From NCBI RefSeq assembly GCF_004010195.1, contig NC_057726.1, forward strand, positions 48,220,175 to 48,284,174: a stretch of DNA of 64,000 nt, written 5' to 3'. This document shows, piece by piece, positions 38,420-52,329 of this stretch. The notes under the pieces were generated by a model that saw nothing but the letters and a program-made list of their open reading frames with translations, ran no database searches and was not told the origin of the DNA. A program made the translations under genes and the position numbers. The DNA comes from Chiloscyllium plagiosum. Its lineage: Eukaryota. The stretch's first letter is position 1, and each line of letters opens with the position of its first letter.

Positions 38420-40158
38420 TGCTGCCACACCTATCAAACCCAGCAATCATTGGCTGGGAAGTTTAACATCAATGGCTGCAAGAAGCCATTTGCCATTTGT
38501 TTACAAACCCCACGAAGGTAAACTGAATAGTTGGATTTCACAATCGGAATGACCAGTGCTACCCATTCCTCAAACTGCACTGCTTTGATGATTCCTTCAT
38601 GATCCAGCCTCCTGATTTCTGTCTCTACTTTTACCCATAAAGCAAATGACACTCGGCAGGCATTGTAGAATCACAGATAGTCCGTGATACAGCCATTGAC
38701 ACAGCCATGCCTGTATCAACCTCCATTAGAACAAGGTGATCATTTAACCAGACACTTATTTTGATTGGTTCTGATTTGGAAGTTGCTAAGCAATTAAACT
38801 GATCCAAATTAGAAATAGATGGGGTTTCCAGGGTGTACATTCTCCTGGATGCTGGCCAATGAGATTCTCTTGCTCAATTCAGGGCTAGTCGGACTGCTTT
38901 TCTGACTCAAGTCCACATACCGGCAGCAACTACAATGGCTCAATGACCTGGATCCTGAAGAAAATGTTAACTGCTTGGCTGAGGCTTGGCTTTATTTTGG
39001 CATTTTGCTGGCCTAGAGTCCCTCTGTTCAGAACATGTCATGAATGAGGCTATGGATTTACCTTTACTCAAGTGGTATTCCCCAACTCAATTAGAATGGT
39101 GAGGGTGCACTTCCATCTGCATTCCCTAAAACGCATATGCTCCACTTGTCGCAGTTGCCAATGAGTCAAAAAGTGTGGTGCTGGAAAAGCACAGCCGGTC
39201 AGGCAGCATCTAAAGAGCAGGAGAATCAACGTTTCAAGCATAAACTCTTCATCAGGAACTCTCCTGCTCCTTGAATGCCGCCTGACTGGCTGTGCTTCTC
39301 CAGCACCACATTTTTTGACTCTAAACTCCAGTATCTGCAGTCCTCCCTTTCTCACAGTTTCCAGTGACAAAGCCAGTTATGGTGCCTGTTTGAAGTCCAG
39401 TTGGGCTTCAACTAGTGGGTACTTTTGCATGGTTACATCATTAATCCCACATATTAAATGGTCTCTGAACATCTTATTGTGGGTTAAACCAAAGTCAGAT
39501 GCCTCTGCCAGTCATCTCAACCTAGTCAAAAATCCCAATATGGATTCCCCAGGTTCTTGAATTGCTGAATAATACTGAAAGTGTCTCAGAATTAGTAGAT
39601 GCTTAGGGTTATACTATTCCTTAGCTAAATCCGTCAACTCTTGAAAGGTTTCAGTATCTGGTGCCTCAGGAAATATTAGGCTCCCAATAACTGAAAAAGC
39701 TGCAGGTCCACAAACTGTCAGGAGAATTACCCATTGCTTTTCATCTGCCCCTTTGTCATTTGCCCAGAAACAAAATGCATCCGTTCCACATACTGGGCCT
39801 AATCTACAATGGCTGGATCAAACAAGTCAACCTTCCCAAATAACGGTATGCTTACCCCAACTCAAAGGCAATGTTGCAAGTGAATTTCTTTAGGAGCAGT
39901 TTTTTTCTCTTATCTCCACTAAAATAACTCCACAGAGGCTGGTATCCAGTCACCAAGTCATCCTTTATTTACGTATACATAGTACTTGACACTGGGGGTC
40001 TGGCTTCCTCAGAGCCAGCTGTCAGAGTGAACAGAACTTCTGACATGCCTGTTTATATCTGTCAGCCAAGGCTCCCTGATTGGACCAGGTTAACAGCCCT
40101 AATCAGGGAACTCATATTCTATGAAGCCCATCTGGCTGACCTCATTATAATCACTACA
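38420..40158 (-). mobile_element. Gypsy LTR retrotransposon relic: 5' LTR (about 39921-40158), gag, protease, RT start
   Basis: LTR begins tgtagtg; gag LLTVCGPAAFSVI, FRDHLICGINDVTMQK; protease VLMEVDTGMAVS; RT KVETEIRRLDHEGIIKAVQFEEWVALVIPIVK. Confidence 0.9.
39163..39354. mobile_element. Palindromic PLE derivative (family A) inserted in Gypsy gag
   Basis: Inverted arms; TSD cagttgccaatga/cagtttccagtga at 39152-39164 and 39355-39367. Confidence 0.88.
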
Positions 40159-40399
40159 CCAGCAGTCTTTGTGTACTTGCTATAAACATGGATGAGAACA
40201 AATGTTTTTTAAAAAACTGTACAAGTGACCTTTCGTATGTGCACTAACTGATTTAGATTAGTATGTTTCAGCTCTTGATGTAGCCTGTTGGTTATGGGAC
40301 ATAGTCAGTAGCACTCCTGTAAACAATGAGTCACAATGTTCAGGGTTCAAAGTTTTAGGACTTGAGCACAAAATACAAGGTTAACAATCCCATGTAGTC

Positions 40400-40950
40400 A
40401 TAATTTGGAGATGCCAGTGTTGGACTGGGGTGTACAAAGTTAAAAATCACACAACACCAGGTTATAGTCCAACAGGTTTAATTGGAAGCACACTAGCTTT
40501 CAGAGCATTGCTCCTTCATCAGGTGGTAGTGGGGGGCTCAATCCTAACACACAGAATTTATTGCAAAAATTTACAGTGTGATGTAACTGAAATTATACAT
40601 TGAAAAGTTGATTGTCTGTTAAGCCTTTCGCTACAAACCTTCACAAACCTTGCAAAAATGTAACCCTGCAAGTACAAATTCACCCCACAAAATATATGTG
40701 TGCATGTGGATCATTGTCTGTGCGTGTGTGTCTGTCTGGGTTGGGGGTTGTGAGTGTGAGAAAGCATATGTGTATGTGCAGTGAGTGCAGAGTGTCTTAA
40801 GTCTGTGAGGAGGTGCATGTGTGAGTGTGGGAGTGCGTGTGTCTGTAAGGGTGTGTGTGAGTGTCTGTGTGCGCGTCTGTGTATATGTGTATCCATGTGT
40901 ATGTGTCTGTTGATTGTTGTGCGGTGCCCATTCATCTGTTGTCGTAGCAC
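40400..40950 (-). mobile_element. PLE (family B) 3' part with (CA)-rich tract and GIY-YIG remnant
   Basis: Minus strand LRQQMNGHRTTINR (GIY-YIG RxxxH helix), degenerate (GT)n at 40700-40910, family B pLTR. Confidence 0.85.
40491..40525 (-). ncRNA. Minimal hammerhead ribozyme motif
   Basis: CAC-CTGATGA-a-GGAGC(aat)GCTCT-GAAA-gc-TA-GTG: stem I CAC/GTG, 5-bp stem II (one G-U), intact core. Confidence 0.75.
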
Positions 40951-41139
40951 AGGAAATCCTCCCTCCAACATATTGATCCTGGCCCTGATGTGGGACAAAC
41001 TCTGTTATGTACATGCCTCTCCCTTCAAAACAATTCCAATGTTAAAGTTTTCTAAAGCCATCCCTTCTGCATCACCTCTTCAGATATGAATTAATTTGAA
41101 CTGACTTTCTATTTCTACACTCACTATTGTGTGCCACTA

Positions 41140-41850
41140 GTAGTAATCTTCAAATTATTACCTTCCTGGGCCTCCCTTTTAATTGATTTTCTGGCTCCCT
41201 CAAACCTGTCCCATTTTTCAGCCTAGTCATGGCTACCAATATGGACTGCAACTTCTGACCTTCACACTACCATCTCAGAATGTTCTGGAGCTGCTTAATA
41301 ACATCCTTGACCCTGGAAACAGGGAAGTAAAATATCAGTCCAAAGTCATAACTGTGACTGAAGAATTGCCTCTCTGTTCACCTCACGATTGCATCCCCTA
41401 GTGTTATTGGTTTCCTGACCTTTCTCTTCACCCTTCCACAGTTGAATCAGCCATGGTTCTGTGACCTTTGCTCCAACGGCACTCCCCAGTGGATCCATCG
41501 CTGTCCCCAGAATTCAGGATTGAATATTGATAAGGAAGCAAAATATATTCAAGGGTCTTCTGCACTTCTGCCTGAGCCTCCTTGTTCATGTTGTAGTCTG
41601 TCTCCACTTGTACACTCTTAAGCGGAGGAGTGACCACCTCCAGCAATGTGCAATCCACGTAGCTCTCAGTTTCACGGATGCACTGCAGTAACACCAGCAG
41701 CTGCTCAACTTCCAAACCTGGAGCTTGAGCTCCTCCAGCTGATGACATTCCCTGACAATGTAGATGTCCAGGACTTAGAAGCCTCTATGAGTTTCCACAT
41801 GGCAATGGATATATATTTACTGGACTGAGGCACCTTGCCATGTTTCAGAT
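41140..41850 (-). mobile_element. CR1 ORF1 5' remnant
   Basis: ECHQLEELKLQV...LLQCIRETESYVDCTLLEVVTP (Cys motif, coiled coil and VVTP of CR1 ORF1). Confidence 0.7.
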
Positions 41851-43146
41851 TCAACTGCTAACTAAATATCTAACCTAACTTAGAAAGGAACAACAGACAC
41901 AAATGATTCCAAATTAACATTTTGAGTACAGTGGACCCTTCGAAGAGTCATACTGGACTCAAAACATTAATTCTGTTTCTTACTCCAAAGATTCTACCAG
42001 ACATGTTTAGTTTCTCCCATAATTTCTGTTTTTTTATGTTTCTTGAGTTTCTGACACGACAGATATGGTGCTAAACACAACAGATTCTCGATTCTCAAAT
42101 TCTCTCAAGAGCTGTGGTACAACTTAAAGTACAGTTGCCAGCTATAACTAATACATTCATATGTTTTTATTCAACTAATCCATGTAACTGGATTAAATTA
42201 TGAATTTAATAAAATATTAAATATCAATTCCAAGTTTTAAATATGTATTTATCAAGCTTATTCAAATCATCATATGTGTTCTAAAGCAAAAAGGAGCACT
42301 TGCTCTCGGCTGACTACACCAAATTTCCATTCTCGCCAAATTCACAATTTGACGCACAGTTTATGATTGCAATCTATGCTTAGGCTCTGTGCCTTTCTAG
42401 CTTATCTATGCTTTTTTACCTGCATCTAATCAACTCCATTAGTTTTTGTCATAGCTGGATCCACACAGTCTCATTGGTCTCTGTTTAAAGAAGTTAAATG
42501 CCAGAATGTTTTTTAATGTTTACTCTCACAAAACTGTTTGAAAGGTTCAAAACATTGTTGAAACAGTGAACACCTTCAGCAGTATATTGGAAGTTTGATT
42601 CTAGCTGATTGCTGAAGAATGGAGTGACATAGATTTAAACAATATTTGGTAAATTAGGTACAATTCCTAAATTTCATCCAAAACTAACACTGGTTAGTGT
42701 CTGCACTGTAACAGTGGCAGTATATTGTAGCTACAGAGTTACAGAATATTGTAAGCCTCGCTAGAGTACTCCTACTGCATTCTTTAATTTTCTGTCACTC
42801 AGCATGGTAAATTTCTTGTTGCTAGAGCAATAGATTTACTTTTAGTTACCTCAATTGTTCCTAAAGTTCAAAATGGAACTCTGGTGACCTCTACTGATAA
42901 AATAAGTGCACATCATCATTATAAGTCCACTGTGAAGAAGCCCACTCCAATGCAATTCTCCATCATTTTCTGAACATTAGACCAAAGCTGGATTTGGTTC
43001 ATTGCATTGACATATATTGTTCTGTTGTTGATGCAAACATTTATTAAAAGATTACATTAGGTAAATTTGCACTGATCAGCACGATAATTTAAATGCTAAA
43101 CAAAGTGTTTCAAAACTCTTATCTTCAAAGCAGTAAGATGATTCAG

Positions 43147-43260
43147 AGAGTCAGACAGTCATGTAACATGGAAAAGGACCTTCAGCCCAACTCATCCATG
43201 CCAACCAGATTTCCTAAATTGAACAAGTCCCATTTGCCTGTGTTTGGCCCATATCCTCTC
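43147..43260 (-). mobile_element. CR1/HER1 3' tail fragment (similar copies at about 11248-11320 and 53935-54053)
   Basis: Matches the 3' UTR of the longer CR1 copies in this window. Confidence 0.8.
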
Positions 43261-44018
43261 ATATATAATGCAAACACCAATTTATAATCACAGACTGGTA
43301 ATTTTAAACAAAAACTTACTCTGTCCTCTGATGGATTGATATTTCTAACCCTTCTATGAGAGAAATGTCATGTTCACATTACAACTGTGGATTCATTTCA
43401 AAGTACTGGTGGATCTAAAGTACATTGAAGTGTTCTGAGGTTATGAAAGGTACTTAATGTACAAGTTATTCCTTTCCAGATGTTTGGAGTTTAATGTATC
43501 TTATTTTATTGTGATAGAGAATGTAACAAGTAAAGCTAAACGCAAGGGAAGACATGGGAGATGGTCACATCTTGAAGGCGTTGGTACCTAGATTACCTAG
43601 ATTAATTCTAAAGGATTCTGATGAATGATGTTTAACCTGAAGCATGAATTGTATTATGATTTCTATAAATGGTGACAAACTTGCTCAGTATTTGGAACAT
43701 TTCCTCTTTTCTTTTCAAATTTCCACAATGCACAGAAGTTTTGCTTTTGAATCCATTACAAATCACAACATTCAAGTAACAAACCTGACCCACATCTTTA
43801 GTTTCAAAATTCATGCTTTAGCACATATTTTGCACATAAGTGAACATTATCCATTTTTCCCTGTTCAGCTACAGTATATTTTACTTGCATGAGACACCAG
43901 CATCAATTTTCTGTACTAAAAATGCACAAGAGTTTATAACTGGATGCAAGTGATCAAGCAGGCAAAAGGGACTTTGTTGTAAACATATGCAGGAGTGTAA
44001 GACATGCCTATTCTTTGT

Positions 44019-44788
44019 AGGAGCAAATTACTGCAGGTGCTGGAATCTGTACTGAAAACAACAAATGCTGGAGACCACAGTGGGTCAGACAGCATCCATG
44101 AAAAGACAACAAGGTAATGTTTCGAATCTAGATGAGTGTTCATCAGAGATAACGTAAAGTGTTGAGGTGGGGTGGGGGGGGGGCAACATCTATGCTATAG
44201 TTGGGGAGGGTTGTGTGTGGAGGGGCGTAGCGTGCTGGGGAGAAAAGAGGTTGATAGTTCAGATTAAGTGATCAGTGTGTGCCCACGTGTCTGTCCTCAG
44301 CATGTTGTAGTCTTCCAGTGAAACAAGACGCAAACTGGATGAACAATATTTCAACTTCACTCTCGGCACTTTACCGTCTTCTGGACTCACTATTGAGTTC
44401 AATGCCTTCAAGATGTGAACCATCTCCCATGTCTTCCCTTGCTTTTAGCTTTACTTGTTACATTCTCTATCACAATGTCCTCTCTTCCCTCCCCTCATGC
44501 CAGTGGATCTGTCTGCTCTTTCCAGTCTGGCAGTTAGACACACCATTGCTCTGCCATTCTCACATTCCCATCACTTGATCTGAACTATCGGCATCTTTTC
44601 TCCCCCAGCACTCTAAAACCCACCACACTCATACACGTGCTCACCCCCCCCCAAATATAGCATAAATGTTACCCCCTCCACACTTCACTTCAGCTCTGAT
44701 GAAGAGTCATCTAGACCTGAAACGTTATCTTGTTTCCTCTCCATGAATGCTGTCTGCCTCACTGCAATCTCCAGCATTTGTTGTTTTA
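44019..44788 (+). mobile_element. PLE (family D) with about 230-bp inverted pLTRs and hammerhead at 44692-44730
   Basis: 44055-44279 is the inverse of 44560-44787; centre RRKLDEQYF (LEEQHLIF-like); agct-CTGATGA-a-gaGTC(atcta)GACct-GAAA-cg-TT-atct; TSD atgcctattctttg/atgcttattttttg. Confidence 0.87.
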
Positions 44789-45959
44789 ATGCTTATTTTT
44801 TGCATTGATGCTGATGTCATTTCAAAATAACAATCACCTTTACCGGCAATTCACTTTTATTCCTGGAGTATAAGTCAGTCCTGTTTTTGAAACGATTTTT
44901 AAGGTTTCAAGGGTTGATTGATGCACAAACATCGAAGGTAGATAGCGTTAATACTAGCAAAAGGAACAGGAAAAGTTATAAGATTTATTCAGTGATGTTA
45001 GCGGGAAGAATTATTATCCTTAAACATCCCTTACCTAAATTAATGTTCATTTCTTAAAGACACTAACAATCATGCTGATTTACTTATGGTCTAATTAATT
45101 TTGTTTTTATTCCAGACATTTTACAAACACAAAGTAATACATTAAAAAATCTATCTTTGATAAGTTTGCACTTCCAGACTCTCAAAGCTTGTGAGTAGAT
45201 ATTGCCCGCAAAAGTGTATAGAAAAGAAATGTAATGTCATTGTGATGTGGTATAGTATAGCACAAAGTGGATTATTGCATTGAGATCCTAGTCAGTTATT
45301 CATCTTAACCACAATGCTGAGACATCTAGTAAAGCCCACAGCAAGGAGTAAGTGTTGGTGCCTGCCACATGGACAGATGACTAGACTTGGATCTTTCAAC
45401 TTTTCTCTCTTTATGGGGGAGCAGAAAGCTGCTGCTAAGAAAAAAACATTCAATGATAAAAGACTTCATGGCAGCCCACCTTTAGATCATACACTTAATA
45501 TATAAAAGATCCAAGATGTATGGAGGTATGAATTTAAATAGAGAAATAAGAGAGAGCAACCAAACATTTGTCAAAGGTGTCGCTTTAATGAAAGAGAGGG
45601 AGGTGAAGGAATTTAGTATTGAAATCATATTGTGTGTCACCTTGGCAGCTTTATGCATGGCCACAAATGGTGAGGAAAGTAAAAGGGTATACAAGAGGCT
45701 CAAGTTGGTGAAAACAAAATGGGTGGTTCTAGAACTGCAGAAGTCATATTGATAGAATGAAAGTTCATGAGAGGATTAAATATAAGGATGAGTGCTTTAA
45801 AGTAGATGCTTTGAAGAACTAACTGCAATGGATATTTTTACAAATACCACTCTTTGGAATTTAGTTACTGAAAAAGGTCAGCATTTCTTTGTAAAATTGA
45901 GCTGAACTGATCCACTCTCATGTTGTTAGCAAAACTATTCCATAACAGAAGATTCAAGT

Positions 45960-46180
45960 GAACTGTTTCGAGCATCTCTGACAGGCCTAGTTGTCAAACA
46001 GTGGAAGGAACATGCGTGAACCTAAGCGTCCCACCCAGCTGCTTCAGGAAACATCATCTTTCCCGCAAGAGACAGGGTTTGTGGATCACGTATTGCACTG
46101 CTTAGTCACATCAAGGCCCACAACACAGAAGTGGAAGAAAGTCATCATGAACCTAAGGGACTGCCATGAAGAAGGTGAAG
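45960..46180 (+). mobile_element. RTE-clade LINE 3' end
   Basis: DRVCGSRIALLSHIKAH (RTE C-terminal C2H2-like motif), then gtcatc...agggactgcc and a (gaa)n tail. Confidence 0.75.
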
Positions 46181-48590
46181 AAAGTGAACTGAGCTAACTA
46201 ACAATTTAAAATTGTTTATAATTAAAGATCTTGTTGAAAAATGTATGTTAAAAGTCCCACCAAAGTTTATTTGGTGCACATCACTAGGTCCTTCACATTT
46301 GCAAGATCAATTCCATTGTAAAAGTGAAGAAGTTTAACTATTATTGATATATTAAAAAGTTTTTAAGCCAATATGATGGCAACAATAATAACGTGTGACT
46401 GAAATGTGCAAAAGGCAATGGTCAGTTAATATCCTAATGCCTTGTCCTTTGAGGGTTTAAATTTACGTTGATATTCTGCAGAGATGTATCGCTGAGTTGG
46501 AGATATTTTGTCTTTGAAGTCGTGGAACTCTTCAGCTTTTAAAACAGCTTAGCGTGGTTGAGTTAAAAACAGGAAATGTTACAAATGCTTAGCAGGTCAG
46601 GTGGCATATGTTAAGAGGAATTCTTGTTAACATTTCAGGTCAGTGACCTTTATCAGGACTAGTGTAAATGACTGCTTAATAAACTCAAATAAAAGAAAAA
46701 ATAAAAACAAGCTTGTCAGAATCTCTATGAATCTTGGCAGCCAGAACAAGCAGAATGATAGTATTTAATACAGTTCATGAGACAACATATTGGCAACATT
46801 GTGGACTGATGCAAAGCTACAAAAATCCAATGTCAATGAAACAACAGTGTTACACTCTGTGGTGAGAGCCATTACTAATTACATGAGGTGCTGCCATACA
46901 TCAGCACGAGGTCTGTGACTACAGTCAACAGCATGTTCACAGGGAAAATCTGTGCAAACAGAAGACCTTCAAGAGGATTAGGTGAAAAATGTACTTGCTG
47001 AGCAGGGATTAAGATTCAGTTTATTTGAGATAACAAAGATGAAAAGCCTATGGGGCCGAAGCTTAACACACAACTTCACAAGTCTCAAACACAATTGCCC
47101 CAGTGCAAGTTCAGTCTGTGTCAAAAAGCCAGTGATGGAAATTTGAGGCTCGCAGCAGACATTGATAGAGAAAACTGATCTCAAAGTAAAAGTAGTGATT
47201 GTATTAAGTTTGTTCCATTTTTAAAAATACATTTTGCAATACAGAAAAAGTGAGGACTTGACTGCTCCAGACAATGAATTGTATAAACCTCTGAGAACAT
47301 CATACTTCTTTTGCGAAAGTGTGGCTGTTCATGACCAGAACGCTTTCTTTTAACGTGTATCTAGATCAACACACAGATTGGGCTGTGAAAACATCCTCAA
47401 GATTGCTTTTAGTAATATTTGTCAAATAAAAGTTCCAATGACAATTTTTGGCAGCATTTCAATGGGACAAGCTTCAAAGCCTGCCAGTTATCACCAGACC
47501 AGAATACAAAGACAGCAATCCTAACGAAATAGGTTGAGTGAAGATTGAGTCATTATAATCTCAAATTCATTTGAAAATACATTGTGCATGGCTGGTACTA
47601 TTAGTGTACTCTGACAGCAGTATCAGAACTTTCCCCTTAAGCATACAACTCTACGAATGCTTATAAGAGCTGATTGCAATGTGATGCACAAGTTTCTTTT
47701 CTGCACATACCTCAACATGACTTTTTTTCAGCTGCTAAGGATTTCACTGAAGTAATAGCACTGTGCTGAAATTAAATAATCATTGTGAGGTAATGAATTC
47801 AGTTAAATAATGTACCATATAATATCCTGTGAACTATTTCTAGAAACCAACTCGACAATAGCTATCCAGTTAGGTGGCAAGGAGTACACTCAACAGACAA
47901 TGTACAAAAGCACATTCACAGTGGTAGGTCAAACTTTAAAAAGATAGGCATTGTATTCTATATGTTATACTATTCTGATTTAAATATAGAATATACAATT
48001 TATTTTATATATGCCTGCACATCCTGCACATGCCACGGCATATGATTAACATTGTAAGATGTTGTCATACCTGGGTGCTCTATCTAATTATTATGCCTAA
48101 ATATCAACCATAACTTATCATATTTAAATTTCTCAGATTTTCCTCTGTCTTTGCTCCTAATGATACTTGCAAGGTATCCAACACAGTGACAGAATTCTCC
48201 ATTGTTCTTCTTTCTCACACGACTTTTCTCCTCTTGTCCTAGTTCAATCACTTCACACCACCATTAAAGTAGACAACAGGTAGGTCAAAATACCAAAGCA
48301 AAAAACTGGGAATATGAAAAAGAAACCAAAATGCTAGTTGTGCTCGGCTGGGCACAGGGAACAAATAAGTTGATGTTTAAGATGTGGGCTCTGCATCAGA
48401 ATTCTACTGAAGTTATGTCACTTGTCATGTCAACATCTCTGTTCTGAGTGTTTGCAGTATTTTCTTGCTTTGGTAAATATTTAATTTAGATTATGTGACA
48501 ATGTAATTCACCACGAGAAAAAAAAGTGAAAAACCTGAACTTTACAGGCATAAGGGAATAATAGGAAAACTGGGAAAATGCATATTCTTT

Positions 48591-50960
48591 TGTAAAGGCT
48601 GTGAACACATTGATTCAATGCAAGGTCTGTCCCTGTTTGAAGAAGTACATTTGTACATAGTACAGTGGCTGGCTTGCCCTAGAGAGTGACCTCTAACTTT
48701 GCTGTAAGTTGCTTTCACTTTAGTTTGCAGCAGCAATTAAACATATCACTTGAAACATGATGTCAGCAGTGTGAAACTTGAGACTGAGTGATTTTTTTTA
48801 AAGTCACAACTGTTAAAAAAAACCATGGTTTGCAACTTTGAAGTGTTGGGCGAGTCAAAATAGCTGCGAATTTCCATTCCCTGCCGCTCTGGAAATGAAA
48901 CGAGATATAAGACAGTATTGGATTATTTCCACTCTCAGTGGCAAAACTATGAGATAGCTACAGAACTGAAATAAAAGACTGAACAAGTAAGCATAGCAAT
49001 CCTGTTCTCTGTACTGGAGAAAGAGTGCTAAAGGCTGCATTTCTCTGAAACCTTACTGAAGAGCAGAGAGGCCAAACAGGAGATTTTGAAGCTTTGAACC
49101 TCAATTAATGTTACTCATGAACAAGATATGTTCAACACCAGAAGATAGAGAGAGATGGAGGGTATTGATCAGTATGTGATGGCACTGGCATCTAGCTGAA
49201 TGGTGTGAGTTTAAACAATTGAAAGTTGATCTCTTCAATGGCAGGATTACCTTGGGTATGAGATATCCCACCATGACAGTATGTCCACTGGGGGGGCAGG
49301 GATAATTTCCTTTCTGGAAAGCTATTGACATGTGTAGAAATTCTCAGCTTTCCAGTTATGTGAAAAGAGACGAGGCTTTGCATTATGCTGAGAGACATTC
49401 CAGACAAAATGAGAACAATATGTTAGATAGAAAGAAATACTTGCAGAAGAGCCAGAATAATTATTAAAAGATCAGGGTGGAAATATTGCAGAGGATACCA
49501 CACAAAAGAAAAGAAAGCAGAGTCTGTATGGGAAGAGCAGTGCTTTAACAGCTGGATCAGTTTTACACAAATGTTTATCTAGAAAGGAACATATCAAGTC
49601 TATAATTATGGCTGCTGGAGTGATGATTATGATGAATCATCTGAATAGGATTCTGATGGAATCCCTCTGCACCATGCATCAGATTTATATTGTCAGATCT
49701 AAAGGTGATCAATAGTTTGTGACTATTTGAATGATGATTGTTGAAAGAGAATGTCAAGTGTGAAAGTGTCAGATACACACCCTTGCCTTGTGCAACGTCA
49801 TGAGCTTTTTGGACCGGTGTGAAATGACTCAAGATGGTGGCCCAAGGACTGAAGCCCTTGAAAGTAAGGTTTAGGCTATATAATGGAACAATATTCATCC
49901 CAAGGGGACAAATAAAGATCAAAACAATGAGAATAATGTAGATCCAGGCATCCAGTTAGTAGATGTTAAGCAAAGTCCACTCACCTCAGCTGAAAGAAAT
50001 CTAATGTATGAACTTGCAACCCGATATGTAGCAGACAAAGTTGCTGTGCTTTGCAGGCCATTAAGCCAAAGACTATTGAGTAGATCCCAGAATATTACAA
50101 ATATGCTCTTTCAGGTCTTGAATGTCTTCTTGGTGAACATTGTCTGCAAATATGTCAGACCAACTTGGACCAGAGAGCTCCGTCTGCCCTGAAGTCCTAC
50201 CTGAAAAACAAGCTAAAGAATTCGGCAGCTACTGAACTCCCCAGACCCAGGAGGTGCTGAGAACCAGAAAGGAAGAAAAGTAGGTCAAGGAAGTATCTTT
50301 CAGAGCCATCAGCTGAATGACAAGCAAATGACAGCTGAAGAGCATATCATCACAGCAAAGCAGGAAAAGTAAGTGTAACCACGAAACAGAATGAGACAAG
50401 ATGAAAAGGTTGCAATTGAAGATTCTTGAATTCAAGTACATTGACCATGGACTGCCAGTGAAAAGACTTTGCCAGGATATGAATAGGTGAGAACTGGAGC
50501 ACAGATACACCAACCAACAGTCGTGAAAGCAATGCAACAACTAGTTGGATTTGTGAACTACCTAACAAAGTACTTACTAAATGTGTCATCAGAATATAGT
50601 TGCCTATGCAAGCTCACTGTTATGGATAGGCTGTTGTAATGGGGCACAGAACAAGAAGAAGTTTTAACTCAAATGTAAAAACTAACAACAATGGATTTAC
50701 ATGCTCTGGAAGTCACTAACCGAGCAGAAACATTGAATCTGAAGGATGAGCATCTAGTTTTGATTAAGAGCTTGATGCAGGAATAACAGTCCCCAGGGAA
50801 GAAACATCATTCAGCAGTGAACAGATATCAGTCAAACAACAACTATGTGTATGTTGCTTAAAAACCTGGGACTTCAGAGATAATGGATGAAATGCATGGG
50901 TAGAGACTGATAAAAACAGAACAGTCTGGGATTATCACAGTTTGTTCAGGAATGATAATT
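48591..50960 (+). mobile_element. Gypsy LTR retrotransposon relic (LTR about 48591-48757, PBS, gag, pol), internally deleted
   Basis: tgt...aaca LTR followed by tgatgtcagcagtg (TGGTGTCAGAAGTG-like PBS); gag WDYFHSQWQNYEIATEL; pol QPTVVKAMQQLVGFVNYLTKYL...WGTEQEE. Confidence 0.82.
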
Positions 50961-51084
50961 TCTGTTTGTTGATCGTGGTTATTGGATAACTTCGATAATT
51001 AGCAGCTACGATTGGCAATGTATACAGCTTTATTTAAAGAGAATGTTTGGAAAAATGCATTTGTGTATAGTTTACAGGCGTTCT

Positions 51085-51207
51085 TCATGAAGGGCTTCGG
51101 CCTGAAATGTCGATTCTCCTGCTCCTCGGATGCTGCATGACCTGCTGTGCTTTTTCAGCACCACACTCTCGACTCTGATCTCCAGCATCTGCAGTCCTCA
51201 CTTTCTC
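51085..51207 (+). mobile_element. PLE family A single pLTR arm with tail
   Basis: catgaagggcttcggcctgaaatgtcga...catctgcagtcctcactttctc. Confidence 0.85.
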
Positions 51208-52210
51208 AGGCTTGCAATAGTCATGTGAGCACTACCTCTACTGTAAATTGTTTTTGCTTTAGTTTGTGGCAACTCTCAAACAGCCTTATCTACTTAATCT
51301 GCGGTGAGAAATTTCTGACTGATAACTAAAAGGTAATAAAATGTAAATTCACAATATTTGGTTTAAATACCACTACCTTAATACAGAATCAAAGATTTGA
51401 AATCTCTTCCTTAATCTTTGTTCCTCACTCAGGTAACAATGTTCTTTCAAAATATAGTGACTGATAAAGTTTAAGCACAAGAAGGTTAGCAACCAGATTT
51501 CCAGAATCTCTAAATTATTCCTTTCCTTGTTAACTAGGTGTTTTATTGATTGCCAGCACATGACCCATCATAATCCTCATGAACAAGCTGGGACCTAGGA
51601 TACTATTTCCAACATTTATCCAGGTTCTGCTGTAAGCTAACAGTATAGTAGCTAACCCATCATAAGAAATCAAATTGTCACACAAGCTTGCAAATATTAC
51701 ACATTTGACTGCTAATAAAAGATACATGTGCCTATATGTTGTATTATAAGTAATTGACATGCAGTTTACCAAAAACAATTGATTGAGATGCAAATAATTT
51801 TGCTTTTCACTTCTCAAAACTGGTTATGATTGAATGTTCATATTATTGCTCCAATTCCCTTCATGAACTAGTCATATTTTCTGAAGATTCAATTATCTTA
51901 TCAATTGTTCATTTTTCTTTGCACACTTGAAAACCATCCTTTTTCATGTTTTGGAATCAGTTTGTCTCTACCTTTCTGCCAGTCATAGATTTGTAGTCTG
52001 CTCTGAAACCATTGCTGGTGTGTCATTATCATTGGAAGCTACTTTCACTGTTGAATCTCCAATGAACAATCTTTGAGGAAAAAAGTTACTTAACATTGTT
52101 GGAACCTGGCTGACTGAAAGATTTTAGTTGCGAAGTCTGAGGTTAGTGTCCGACATTCTTCATAAATATTATCTTCTGACTCAAGCAATACACTCAAACA
52201 CAGTCTAAAA

Positions 52211-52329
52211 ATTAAAAATCACACAACACCAGGTTATAGTCCAACAGGTTCAATTGGAAGCACACTTGCTTTCGGAGCACCGCTCCTTCATCAGTTGTAC
52301 ACCCCAGTCCAACACCAGAATTTCCAAAT
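52211..52329. mobile_element. Minimal PLE family B insertion (inverted arm plus tail only)
   Basis: Exact 12-bp TSD cacagtctaaaa at 52199-52210 and 52330-52341; minus-strand hammerhead at about 52263-52296 with UA changed to AA. Confidence 0.9.

Noticed and set aside
40631..41089. His/Thr-rich and Cys/Val-rich ORFs
   Set aside because: They are translations of a degenerate (CA)n/(GT)n tract inside a PLE.
52090..52205. Minus-strand ESEDNIYEEC tyrosine-motif-like peptide
   Set aside because: Short frame with no recognisable family and a PLE insertion at the putative acceptor.
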